A DNA stretch of 62,981 bases, filler included, from Folioceros fuciformis (GCA_049999805.1; 21 parts of 21 records of this genome joined end to end with filler, not necessarily neighbours in it), one strand, 5' to 3'. Positions 51,047 through 62,981 are shown, counted from the first letter of the whole stretch. Notes: generated from the sequence alone by a model not told the origin. Made by a program: numbers and translations.

Positions 51047-52463
51047 CGCCCAACATGGCCAGCCTCGAAGTCTAACACTTCAAAGAGAGGCCCTTGCACC
51101 TGGTGCAGAATTCCTGGCCATACAGAAGCTGAATGCCGTAAGAAACAAAACGGCCAACCTAAAAGAGAGGCTCCACCTTCAGCTCATGTATCCTCAAAGA
51201 AAATTTCGGGTGCCATGCTTACAGTATGCATGGTTTCCTCGTCCCAAGATAGACATGCTTGGTATTTAGACTCAGGTGCCACAACACATGTCTGTAATAC
51301 ACGTACAGCATTCACCACGTTGATACCTTCTCCTGAGGGACAGTTTGTCCTTATAGGTGATGACAGTGGTCTATGCATTGAGGTCATGGGTACAGTGGTC
51401 CTCCATCCTGCACATGGTCAACAAATTACGTTGTCAAATGTTATCTATGTGCCACAGATGGCAAAGAACTTGGTGTCTCTTAGGCGTCTGTCTCCTTCGT
51501 TGCTCAGACTAGAGATGACCACAAAGGGCCTTGATCTAAGAGAAGCTGCTGCACCAAACAAGTTGCTGGCTACCTGTACTCTCAACAACGATCTATATCA
51601 GTTTGACTTGAAGAGTAATCCGGTGCAGCACCTGAAGGCTTCAACAGTTAATGCAGCAGTGGCTTCCCCACCTAATGAAACACAGCTATGGCACTGTCGG
51701 CTGGGCCATGTACATCTACAACGGCTTCAGTCCCTGCCTGCTTCATCCTTGTATCGGACTCCTTTGAAGTTTAAATCCGACAAGTCACTCTTCTGCGAGG
51801 CCTGCATACAAGGGAAGCACCATAAAGCTCCACATCCAAGTCAAGATGCTACCAGGGCTACTCACCTTCTACAAACTGTGCACACTGACCTCTATGGTCC
51901 TATGTCTACACGTTCACTTGGTGGAGCCCTGTACTTTATGCACCTTATAGATGACTGGAGTCGTTTCACCGTCACTTACTTCTTAAAGCATAAAAACAAA
52001 GCATTTTCTTGCTTCCTTCTGTACCTAGCGTATGCTCAACGTTTCACAGGTCAGAAACTCAAGTGCCTCCGAATTGACAACGATGGCGAATTTACCTCTG
52101 GTGAATTCATGGAGTTCTGCTCACGGGAGGGAATTTTACGGCAACTGATTGTTCCCTACAAACATGAGCAAAACCCCTTGCCTGAAAATATGAACAAAGT
52201 CACTCAGGCTGCAGCAAAGTCCATGCTTCATCTTGCGAAGATTCCTCGCAGCTTTTGGGCCGAAGCAGTCGCAATAGCTGTTTATATACAGAACAGGCCT
52301 ACTCGCGCCTTCAGTGATGCCACTCCTTTTGAAAGATGGACTGGTGTCAAGCCTCGTGTGGACCATCTTCGGATATGGGGCTGCCCTGCGTATGCACATA
52401 CACCCGATGAGATCCGACGTAAAATGGACTTTAAGGCTACCAAACATCTCTTCATTGGTTACA
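51047..52463 (+). mobile_element. Copia protease-integrase fragment related to family B
   Basis: WYLDSGATTH, LWHCRLGH, CEAC, DNDGEF, FWAEAV. Confidence 0.92.
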
Positions 52464-53887
52464 NNNNNNNNNNNNNNNNNNNNNNNNNNNNNNNNNNNNN
52501 NNNNNNNTTAATTAATTAANNNNNNNNNNNNNNNNNNNNNNNNNNNNNNNNNNNNNNNNNNNNTGCAGCCTCAGCCTCTTTCTTAACCTGCTCCACTTCC
52601 CTCTTAGCATGGGCCACCTCTTGCTTGGCCTTGGTCAAATCTTTGGCCTTCTTGGCCTCCCTCTTCTTCCTTGCCATCTCCTGCTCCTTCCTCTTCCTTC
52701 TTCTCCTAACATCCTCATCCTCCGAGGACTCCTCATCCGAGCTGTCCTCCACTGAAGATGTGGAGGACCCTGCTGCTGATCCTTCTGAAAAATCACTCTC
52801 CTCAGAGGATGATTCCTCCGAGGAAGATGCTTCCCTCGTCTTCTTCCCCTTCCTAGGTTTATTCTTCCTCTTGTCCTTCTCCTTGGATTTCCCTTTGCCC
52901 CAAGGATGAGACTCCTCGTAATTGAGAGCTGCCCTTATAGCCTTGTCTACATCCTTTTCTGCGAACAATTTCATATGGCCCCCCCTCCTCGATCCTAGGC
53001 CTCCAGCAAACCACCTAATGGCCTGTAAATTTGAATGAGGTCCACAGCGATCCCGCAGGCTGTGGAACCTCTCCACATAGGCCTGCAAGGTCTCTTTCCT
53101 TCTCCTTCTCAAGGCCTCCAGCTTGGACAGCACATAGCCTTCTACGTCTATCCCCCTGAACCGCTCACAAAAGGCCCTCTTCAGCATGTCAAAAGTTGCT
53201 GGAAATGTGCCGGTCTTGAGGTACTCCCTCCTGTACCACTTGGCAGGCCCTCCCCGCAGCACCCCATAGAACAATTGGATGCGCTGTGCATCCGCTGATT
53301 CCTGGTTAGCAAGGGTCAGCTGCTCAAACCTCTCCACAAATTCATCCGGGTCCTCATACCCCCTCTTCTCCCCATACAAGGGGTACGACTGCTAGGTGGA
53401 CATTGCAACAGCTGGTGTCGCCATGGTGCTTGCACTCCCTCCTACAGTTGCAGCTTCAGCCCTTGGAATTTGGCTCATGTTGCTGAATCCTTCAGCCCCT
53501 GCACTCCTAAGCCCATGCACAAGCCCAGGTTGAGGACCAAAGGGCAGACTCAGGTTAGGTTGGCCTAAATTAGGCCCCTCCCCCACAGCAGAAAGTTGGG
53601 GGTCTTGCTCCAACGTGACCGAATCCCCCATGGCCTGCTGATTGCTTGCCCCTCTCCTCTTCCTTGCTGGTGTATGCCTTGGTCGTGCCCGCCTCAGCTC
53701 CCTCTCTATTCCTCTTTGCCCACGCTCCACTGCTTGCTGTTGCCTCCTTGCTTGAGCTTGAGCTCCCCCTTCACAGTTGGAGCTGAACTCTTCAGCTCCT
53801 ATGCGGGGCATCCATCAGCCCTGCCACACTCCCTTGTATAGTCCACTATCCAGGTCAGTCCTCTCCAAACCTTGGCAGCACTATCAC

Positions 53888-53905
53888 TCCCCGGCAACGG
53901 CGCCA
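53888..53905 (-). promoter_or_regulatory. Primer binding site, tRNA-Asp
   Basis: TGGCGCCGTTGCCGGGGA on the minus strand, 3 nt from the LTR end. Confidence 0.92.
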
Positions 53906-54151
53906 AAATGTGGAGTGATTTCTTGCACCCAAGAACCACTCAAGGGCCACACATCCCCCTATTGTCGTTGCAGTCTTATGGTTCGCTCCCAAGGGAGTGA
54001 ACTGGTGCCAAGGAACACTACCTATCACACTTCTACCTATCAGCCGGTCTATAGGCCTGTCCATACATTCACAACAAAAAGGCTAGAAGCCTAGCCTATC
54101 CCCTAAGTCAACTCGCCCAACTCACTCCTGTTCTTCAGCCCTTCACCTCTT

Positions 54152-54456
54152 AGGATCGACTCCAGTCAATAGGATCGACTCCAGTCTACGTGCAAGTGTA
54201 GGAGAGGAGAGGAGAGAAGAGAGGGTGGTATTGGTGATCACAACCATGAAAACAATACACATCACCACTGTCTTACTATGGAGGTCCGAGGTCTCCATTT
54301 AAGTAGTACATTTAGGGCTACACAACTTCCAGGTTCAATATGGGATAATCTACACTATCCTAAGTTCACTAATAACTAGAACTAGTCTAGTATGAACCCA
54401 ACTGGGATAACCAACACCACATGAGTTTAGCTCATATAGAGCTCGATAACTCAACA
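54152..54456 (-). repeat. Solo LTR of family C inside a family G LTR
   Basis: Near-identical to 8878-9169 with no internal sequence on either side; left end rearranged. Confidence 0.92.
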
Positions 54457-54765
54457 AGGAACACTACCTATCACACTTCTACCTATCAGCCGGTCTATAG
54501 GCCTGTCCATACATTCACAACAAAAAGGCTAGAAGCCTAGCCTATCCCCTAAGTCAGCTCGCCCAACTCACTCCTGTTCTTCAGCCCTTCAGCTCTTCAT
54601 GATTCCCACTTCAGTCCCTTTCTCCTTCACCTCAGCTCTTCAAGATTCCCACTTCAGTCCCTTCCNNNNNNNNNNNNNNNNNNNNNNNNNNNNNNNNNNN
54701 NNNNNNNNNTTAATTAATTAANNNNNNNNNNNNNNNNNNNNNNNNNNNNNNNNNNNNNNNNNNNN

Positions 54766-57228
54766 TGGTCCTAGTAGGCTTCCCCACCCTTTGGCATGCA
54801 TCACACCTCTTGATGAATTCTCCAGCATCAGCATGCATTGTTGGCCACCAATACCCTGCTGCCAGAATTTTTCTACAGGTCACATGGGCTGCATAATGGC
54901 CTCCAGCCTCTCCCTCATGTAGGGAGCTGATAACTTGCTCCACTTGGCCAGGTTTGACCCACAACCTCTCCACACCATCAGCTCCTGTGCGATACAGCTT
55001 GCCCTTGTACTTAACCACCAGCCTTGTGAAGTACAAGAACAGCCGTTGCTGCTGCCGTGTGAGATGAACTGGGAATTCCCCCATACCTAAAAAATCATAC
55101 ACCTCTTGATAGGAAGGCTTACGGGACCCTCTTCTCCCCTCCTCATTTGGTGTTGCACCTTCACCTCTTGGCAACCTAACATTTGGTTTGGCCCTCTCCT
55201 TCTCCACTAGGTCTGCTGAAAATGCCTCATCCGGAAAATCATCTTCTTGGTCCTGATCCACCTTCTTCGTTTTTAGCCTGGACTGAAAATCAGCATTCAC
55301 ATGCTTGCGCCCTTCCCTTGTTTCCACGGTGAATGTGAACTCCTGCAAGAGCAAGATCCAGCGGGCTATGCGGCCCAATAGGTTTGCCTTGTTGACCAGG
55401 TGCTTGAGAGCAAAATGATCAACATGGAAGACAAACTCATAGGAGAGGAGGTAGTGGCGGAATTTACAACAAGAGTAGACCATGCCAAGTGCCTCCCTCT
55501 CGTTGTGGTGTACTTGCGTTCAGCCTCCGTAAGTTGACGTCCAACATAGTAGATTGGGTAGTCCCTCCCCTTCTCATCCCGCTGGCTGAGGACTGTCCCA
55601 ATGGCAAAGGCTGAAACATCCACATACACATGGAATTTCTTGTCCCAATCAGGCCCCTTGAGTGTTGGTGCTGTCACAAGAGTGGTCCTCAAGTCCTGAA
55701 ATGCAGCCTCCCTTGCCGCTGTCCTCTCCCAAGATTGCTCCTTCCTCAATAGCACCGTCAAAGGGGCAGCCCATCTAGCAAAATTGGGCACAAACCGGCG
55801 GTAGTATCCCACCATTCCTAGGAATGCACACAGCTCGTTGAGTGTGGTTGGCACCCTCAAGGCAGCAATCACCTTCACCTTATCCGAGTCCACTTCAATG
55901 CCTCACTCTGAAATTCTGTGACCCAGCAAGATCCCTTCAGCCATACCAAAATAGCATTTCTTCAGGTGCAAACAAAGCTACGTCTCCCAGCACCTAGCCA
56001 AGCATAGCCTTAGGTGCTCTAGATGTTGTTCCACCCTTCCAGACACACAAAAATCATCTATAAACACCTCCAGGAACTTGTGGAGGAAGTCCTTGAAGAT
56101 CTTGTACATGCTGCGCATAAAGGACCCTGGTGCCCTGTTAGCCCAAAGGCACTCCTCTTGTAGGCAAATGTCCCTCAATCAGTTGTGAAGGCTGTCAATA
56201 GCCAATCACTCTCCCTTAGGGACAGCTGATTGTAACCGGAGTAGCCATCCAAAAAGGAGTACATCATGAGGCCAGCCACCAAATCCAGGATGTTGTCAAT
56301 GAATGGTAAGGGGAAATGATCCTTCTTGGTGGCCTTGTTCAGCCTCCTCCAGTCCTGGCACACCCGAATCTTACCACGTTGTTTCTTGGGCACCACCACG
56401 ATTGGGGCCACCCACTCTGAATTCACAATGGGAAAAATCACATCTGCCTTCAAGTACTGCTCCAGCTATTCCCTTAGCTTCATGGAGTACTTTGGATTCA
56501 GCTTGTATTGTGGAATTCGGACGGGGACAGCTCCTGGTTCCAAGTCAATCTTGTGCTCCCCCCATTCTTTGGGAATTCCCTTCATGTCCGTCACCTCAAA
56601 GGCAAACACATCGATGAACTCAACCAAGAGTTGCTTCATCCCCTCCTCCAATGTGGCATCCAGCTGTTTTGCAAACTTCAGCACCTTGCCCGGCAGTACC
56701 TCCACATCCTTGCTTTCATCAGCCTGAACCCATTCACGCTCCAACGGTGCTGAGCTAACTCCAAACCCCTCCTCCGGCTCCCGGGGATCTTCCTCAACAT
56801 GGCATACGGACGGGGACAGCTCCTGGCTCTAGGTCGATCTTATGCTCCCCCAACTCCTTGGGAATTCCTTTCATGTCCGTCACCTCAAATGCAAACACAT
56901 CAATGAACTCTGCTAGGAGTTGCTTCATCCCCTCCTCCAATTTGGCATCCAGGTGTTTGGCCAACTTCAGCACCTTGCCCGGCAGCACCTCCACGTCCTT
57001 GATTTCATCAGCCTGCACCCATTCATGCTCCACGGGTGCTGAGCTGATCCCAAAACCTTCTTCCGGCTCCCATGGGTCCTCCTCCCTCATTCCCCATTCC
57101 CTGAATAGGTCTTCAGAGGTAAATCTGGTGACCTCTAGCTCATCTCTAGCAAGCCCTTCAGCCCTTGGGTCACAGCCCCCTTCCCTCATCTCACCTTCCT
57201 TCACACCTCCCTTGGCATGGAGGATTTT
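54766..57228 (-). mobile_element. Athila-like Ty3/gypsy pol fragment (RT-RNase H-integrase zinc finger)
   Basis: SEWVAPIVVVPKK, TKKDHFPLPFID, SFLDGYSGYNQ, VFIDDF, RIARWILLLQEF, H...GGHY...GYWWPTM...CDACQR. Confidence 0.92.
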
Positions 57229-57328
57229 NNNNNNNNNNNNNNNNNNNNNNNNNNNNNNNNNNNNNNNNNNNNTTAATTAATTAANNNNNNNNNNNNNNNN
57301 NNNNNNNNNNNNNNNNNNNNNNNNNNNN

Positions 57329-58669
57329 CCTAAGTTCACTAATAACTAGAACTAGTCTAGTATGAACCCAACTGGCATAACTAACACCACATGGGTTTAG
57401 CTCATATAGAGCTCGATAACTCAACACTCCCCCTCGAGCTCAACATAGCATCTGTACGCCTAACATAGCTCGGAATTTCTTCAGCTTCTCTGCTCCCATT
57501 GGCTTAGTAAATATATCGGCTATCTGCTCGTCTGTGTTGACATACACAAGATCAATAGCTCCAGATAAAATCCTTTCGCGAAGAAAATGATAATGTATTT
57601 CAATGTGTTTTGTCCTGGCATGAAACACTGGGTTTCGCGCCAACTGTATGCTGCTAAGATTGTCACAGTAGATAACAACCTTGTCGTTGACCTTCAATCC
57701 CAAATCTCCGAGTAACTTACAAATCCAAGTCACTTCACACGCTGCCATTGCTGCGCCTCTGTATTCAGCTTCTGTACTAGACAAAGCCATTGTAGGCTGC
57801 TTCTTGCTACTCCATGTAATTGCTGCACTCCCAAGTGAAAAAATGAATCCACTTGTAGATCTACGATCAGTAACACTGCCTGCCCAATCTGCATCTGTGT
57901 ACCCACACAGGTTTATTTCTAAATCTGCAACATAAAAGAGAGCATGATCCATAGTTGCCTTCACATAGCGCAACGTTCGCCTTACTGCATCCAAATGTGG
58001 CTTTCTTGGCGCCTGCATAAACTGACTTTGCAATCCCACTGTATAGTTCAAATCTGGTCGGGATAGAGTGAGATATATCAAGCTACCCACAATCTTCCTG
58101 TACATTGTTGGATCTTCAAGTGCTTCACCATCATGAGCACTGAGCTTTAGATTTTGATCCAAAGGAATCGAGATTGGCTTGCACTCAACCATACCATACT
58201 TAGTTAGTACATCCGACGCATACTTCCGCTGTGACAGCCAAATGCCTGTGTTGGTTCGTATAATTTCAATGCCCAAAAAGAACCTCAGTTCACCTAGGTC
58301 CGCCATCTTGAACTCTTGTTGTAGAAGTTCCTTGATCTGCTCCACTTGATCCAACTGATTACCTCCAATGATTAGATCATCCACATAAATGGTCACAAAG
58401 ACCAGTCGTTTTGTACTTTTGCACACATACAACGAATGATCCGCATCTGCCATGTTGAATCCGATGTGAATCAGATGCTGAGCAAGACGCTCATGCCAAG
58501 CCCTCGGGGCTTGCTTCAGTCCGTACAACGTTTTTTTCAGCTTGCACACATGATTTGGATGATCCAAATCCTCATAACCTGGTGGCTGGTCCATGTATAC
58601 TTCTTCCAGCAATTCTCCATGTAAAAACGCATTCTTCACATCCATATGATGTAGGACCCAACCTTTCGA
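57329..58669 (-). mobile_element. Second family C copia copy: RT-RNase H, PPT and partial 3' LTR
   Basis: Almost identical to 9072-10412; ORF 57440-58645 is uninterrupted; LTR part 57329-57426. Confidence 0.96.
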
Positions 58670-58769
58670 NNNNNNNNNNNNNNNNNNNNNNNNNNNNNNN
58701 NNNNNNNNNNNNNTTAATTAATTAANNNNNNNNNNNNNNNNNNNNNNNNNNNNNNNNNNNNNNNNNNNN

Positions 58770-59981
58770 CAACATCGTTAATATCAATACAGACATGTCT
58801 TCAAGGAAAAGGATAGATTTAACGGTACGAAGTTTGAGGTGTGGTCAAAGCGCATGAAGACTATGCTCAACACTCGAGATCTTCTCCCCATTGTGGAGGG
58901 AACCATAACCAAGCCCTCCGATAATCTGGCTGCCATTGATGCTTGGGTTCGTCAAGATTGATAGGCGATTCAGATGTTGATCTTTGGCCTCGACAAGGTT
59001 ACCTTACATCACACTGATGGTGCGTCCACATCTGTTGAAGCTTGGAAGCAAATCACTGACATCTATCAGTCCACGAACGTGATGACGCTGGTCACGGTAC
59101 GCCTGGAATTCTATTCTTTGCGCATGGGCCCCAATGACAACGTTGCTCAGCACGTTAGCAAGTTTCGATATTTGCGAGCCCAACTTGCTGCTCTTGGGAC
59201 AACCATCACCGAATTTGAAGTTGTTGTTCAGTTATTGGCTAGCCTCCTGGCTAGCTACCAGACATTTGTCTCCTCTCAAAACCAAACGGTGAGAAATGCA
59301 CATCAGGTTGTGCAGTTGGGTATGGTTCCCAACATCACCGTGTCCGAGATTGCTGGAGCACTCCTTCAAGAGGAGTCTACCAGGTTCAATATCGGGACTT
59401 CCAAACATGGAGGAGAGAGGGTCATGTTCGTCTCCAAAAGACGGCAATCGCAGCGTAAGAGTTCTTATAATAATAACAATTGAAGGAATAACTCTGCAGG
59501 TACTTCTAAGCCTGCTTCCTCAGCACCCTCTTTGTCGAAGACACCAAGGTGGCAAGGTACGTGCAACTGGTGCCAGTCCCCAGGTCATTGGGAAAGGGAT
59601 TGCAGGAAGAAGCAAGCTGGTGAGGCCAAGCGCGAACCTCGCACGGCAAATACCGTGGTGGTTTCGACTAAGGCCAAGAACCATTCTAACCCTGGCCTTG
59701 CTCTCACTGTTTGTCTTATGACCTTTGAGTACAAGAGTTCCTGGCTGATAGATTCTGCCGCGTCAGCGCAAATCTATAGCCACAAGTCGATGTTCGCTAC
59801 GTTTGCAGCGTCTGCTAATACTCAGCGTTCCGTACTGCTTGGGGATGACTCTGGTCTTTCTATTGCGGGACATGGTTCCATCACCTTCACTTTGGATGAT
59901 GGTTCCTTGCTATTTCTTACTTATGTGCTACACATTCCCCACATGGCCAAGAATCTTATCTCTGTTAGACATCTGTGCGGG
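58770..59981 (+). mobile_element. Copia gag-protease fragment (A/B-related lineage)
   Basis: FKEKDRFNG, GALLQEESTR, CNWC-x4-HWERDC, WLIDSAASA. Confidence 0.9.
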
Positions 59982-60081
59982 NNNNNNNNNNNNNNNNNNN
60001 NNNNNNNNNNNNNNNNNNNNNNNNNTTAATTAATTAANNNNNNNNNNNNNNNNNNNNNNNNNNNNNNNNNNNNNNNNNNNN

Positions 60082-60698
60082 GGGCCTAGCCGTGCTCTGG
60101 CAGACTGGCCAGGGTCCTAGTCGTGCCTCGGCGGGCTGGCAGCCCGAGGCACCTCGTGCCCGTGAGGGCTGCCTGGCCGGTGGGGGACCTTGTGTGCCCG
60201 GGGTGCTATGTGCGCGTGCGATCGTCCTCCTGTGAATGGGCGTACTGAGGCTTGGAGGTCGCCCCGCTCCTGGCTTCCTCTCCGGGGTAGAGGCCCTTGC
60301 ACTCCGGATGTCGCATACAGCCACTCCAATGTCTCTCTTTCAGCCACTTTGCTCGCAGCACCAGGGACATCATCCTTCTGCTCCACAACCAGGCTCTGAT
60401 ACCACTTGAAGGAACGCTCTAGGAGCTACATGGTGAAGGAAAGGAGAGGAGGAGGCAAGGAGGAGAGAAGAAACAGAGGTCACACATTCACAATAGAGTC
60501 ACACATACAAGGGAGCTCAAGGGGGTATTTATACCCTCTAGAAGAGCTCCCTAGGAAGCTTCGCAAGAAGCCCACAGGAAGCTGCACAAGAAGCTTCCTA
60601 GAGATTAGCTTAAGCTAATCTAAACTAATGATATTTAGCTAGACACTAATCTTAGACTAAACACATTAGTTTACGCACATTGGGCTTTAATACCTACA
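60082..60698 (-). mobile_element. 5' end of an LTR retroelement: LTR (60407-60698), iMet PBS (60393-60404) and leader
   Basis: TGTAGG...CCTTCA termini, TATAAATA box on the minus strand, TGGTATCAGAGC 2 nt after the LTR. Confidence 0.8.
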
Positions 60699-61079
60699 TT
60701 TGAGACAGCAAGCAGCCCTGCACACTGGTCACACGACCAATTTTAGAATCAACCTCCCCACCATTGCAGACGCACTGGAAGGCGCTTTAAACCATACGCA
60801 AACTCTATTCAAGAAATACTTTTTGAGTCTAAGGCTGCAAATTCGAGAAGAGAGCATAGACGTGTGACCTTATTGTGGCGTGTAGAAGATCTGACAAACA
60901 AGCCCAAGAATCTTATACTGGGGGTTAGATGGTAGGAACAAGGCAGCCTGATACATGCCTAGCCCGATAGGCGTGTATGTCATCAGGTCAATCAAGCGTT
61001 CCCACACCTCCACCCTTGCCTCCGAAACCAAAGCAGCAAAAGATTAAAGTTCCTCCAAAGCATCCTCCCATGGCTCATT

Positions 61080-61317
61080 AGACAACGGTCAATAATTACA
61101 CTACATTTGACTTTAAAGAGAAGGACAGGTTTGTAGGAAAGGACTTTGAAATTTGGTCAGCAAGGGTGAAGTCTATTTTATTGGACAAGGATCTCTGGGG
61201 AAATGTGTCAAGACAGGTTCCAAAACCTGCACCAGTGAACGCACAAGCTCAAACAGCAACAGAAACAGCAGCAATTGAGAACTGGGAGAAGAATGATCGC
61301 AAGGCAAGAACACTTTT
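61080..61317 (+). mobile_element. Copia gag N-terminal fragment
   Basis: FDFKEKDRFVGKDFEIWSARVKSILLDKDLW...WEKNDRKAR. Confidence 0.8.
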
Positions 61318-61417
61318 NNNNNNNNNNNNNNNNNNNNNNNNNNNNNNNNNNNNNNNNNNNNTTAATTAATTAANNNNNNNNNNNNNNNNNNNNNNNNNNN
61401 NNNNNNNNNNNNNNNNN

Positions 61418-62167
61418 ATATGGGATAAATGACCCCAACCAAACCCTACAATACTTCTTTTGCCTAACATAGCAAAGTCTAATAAGCTATATATATATAT
61501 TAATCATAACCTTAATCACTCTTACCACTAATTAGTACAAACTCAATAAGCTGGATTAGCACTAATTAATATCAACATTAATCATGCTTAACAGTTGTCA
61601 CCTCCAAACTTTGAGATAACTTGTAGAGTGATGGTCCCTTGGGTGTGTGGGCCCATCAGCCAACAACATTTGCACCTTGAATTTCCACAAGTTGAAGTTA
61701 TCACCTCCAAACTTTGAGATAACTTGTAGAGTGACAGTCCCTTGGGTGTGTGGGCCCATAACATGTTGAGATGTCACCCCCGCCATGCTCAAAAGAGGTT
61801 AAAACAAGTTAGTTGAAGCAAGATGCAGAATCCCAAAAATAAGAGCACTACAACAAGGCTCTTAAACTCAAATAAAAGGAGGATTACAAAAACAACACAA
61901 TACAAGTGAAGAGGGAGTTAGACTACAAATACTAGGTGGGTTCATCCCTTCTTTTATGGACCTATGGGTGGGTGACACTCTCATTTCGTGCCCAATATGG
62001 GATAAATGACCCCAAACCCTATAATACCTTTTTGCCTAACATAACAAAGTCTAATAAGCTATATATATATATATTAATCATAACCTTAATCACTCTTACC
62101 ACCAATTAGTACAAACTCAATAAGCTGGATTAGTACTAATTAATCTCAACATTAATCATGCTTAACA
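61418..62167 (-). mobile_element. Family D copia-derived structure: LTR (61764-62167), PBS, 170-bp internal region, second LTR (61418-61593, partial)
   Basis: LTR TGTTAAG...CTCAACA; TGTTATGGGCCCA PBS-like site at 61751-61763; gag start KFGGDNFNLWKFKV; 61418-61593 repeats 61996-62167. Confidence 0.82.
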
Positions 62168-62808
62168 TTATGAAGAGGCTAAACGAGGGGGTGAATGTAT
62201 CTAATCACTCTGATGCTAGCCGGACAAAGGCCGCAGCAAAGAAAGACTCGCGGTTGTGGACACATGAGGTGGAAAGCTTGGTGATGTGTTTAGAAAGATA
62301 GGAGGGAGAGGAGAACTTAGTGTGGAATGCTACAAGACGTCTAGCTTTTGAGCTGGTGTATTCTACACTATTTCCATGCTGGTTTGGACATAAATTAGTG
62401 TAGAAATAGAGCAGCTTTAAAAGTTATCAAACCTTTACTTGTTAATTTTGTTATTCTGATTATAAACCTTTTAACATGAGGAAACCTAAGCCCAAGGGTG
62501 TTACAATTACGTGAGCTAGTGCAAGACGAGCTTGTTTGTCAAATCATGAGATTGAGAATGGGGATGCTGAGAAACTTGATGACAGAGTGACAGGGAGTAG
62601 AAACAGAGATAAAAGATTTCAGCGCGAAAGGTGGGACGACCAAGGATGAATGGGAGAGGGGAGAATAACAAAGGAAGGGAGTCATACCTGAGGAAGTGTG
62701 CTGGAAGAGGAAGGAAGGGTTCCGCATAGGGTGAATGCCTTGAGTAGAGAAGGAGAGGAAGAAGTTGAGAATACAGTGCTTAATCAGGACTTGAGTTGTT
62801 CGCATTTG

Positions 62809-62870
62809 TAGTCATCCTACCTATCCTACATGCACGCCTTTGAGTGCATGTAGGACATGTAGGATGACTA
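62809..62870. repeat. 62-bp inverted repeat (hairpin)
   Basis: TAGTCATCCTAC/GTAGGATGACTA and TCCTACATGCAC/GTGCATGTAGGA stems with an 8-nt loop. Confidence 0.9.
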
Positions 62871-62873
62871 TGT

Positions 62874-62981
62874 TGTTAAGCATGATTAATGTTGATATTA
62901 ATTAGTGCTAATCCAGCTTATTGAGTTTGTACTAATTAGTGGTAAGAGTGATTAAGGTTATGATTAATATATATATATATA
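62874..62981 (+). repeat. 5' start of a third family D LTR, inverted orientation
   Basis: Reverse complement of 61593 leftwards, starting TGTTAAGCATG; runs off the window. Confidence 0.92.

Larger units (their letters stand above)
52564..54665 (-). mobile_element. Athila-like family G element: gag, PBS and 5' LTR end
   Basis: LTR from 53909 rightwards, tRNA-Asp PBS, ORF 53811-53392 in frame with gag core (EDPDEFVERFE...LRGGPAKWY...ETLQAYVERF...WFAGGL). Confidence 0.9.

Noticed and set aside
14013-61417. Regularly recurring TTAATTAATTAA motif, and ORFs ending in X runs or LIN
   Set aside because: Artificial six-frame-stop linker inside N padding; not biological. Any apparent gene clustering across gaps is unsupported.

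Overview
Eukaryotic nuclear DNA from a green plant (streptophyte lineage inferred from the RGP, UCP and tRNA-Ser genes). The window is not contiguous: it is 21 short contigs joined by 20 identical artificial 100-nt linkers (44 N + TTAATTAATTAA + 44 N), so adjacency across gaps cannot be assumed. Most of the sequence is nested, decayed LTR retrotransposons: several Ty1/copia families (one nearly intact, 8877-14012), an Athila-like Ty3/gypsy family with a tRNA-Asp PBS and apparently very long LTRs, and a Ty3/gypsy element with a tRNA-iMet PBS. One contig with no recognisable TE (19938-28572) is a compact gene island: RGP/UDP-arabinopyranose mutase (5'-truncated), a CCDC124/Lso2 homologue, an orphan ORF, tRNA-Ser(AGA) and a complete 9-exon mitochondrial uncoupling protein gene. 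The most unusual items are: a divergent HECT-ligase-like gene whose frame breaks sit in telomere-type motifs (31918-34973); a UAG shared by two diverged Athila-like gag copies in a readthrough-like context; a solo LTR flanked by a 141-bp duplication; a TRIM-like mini-element with a half-tRNA PBS; and a hairpin-forming 27-bp coding tandem array. None of these can be established as a new system from sequence alone. Family letters (A-D, G, H) are my own labels.
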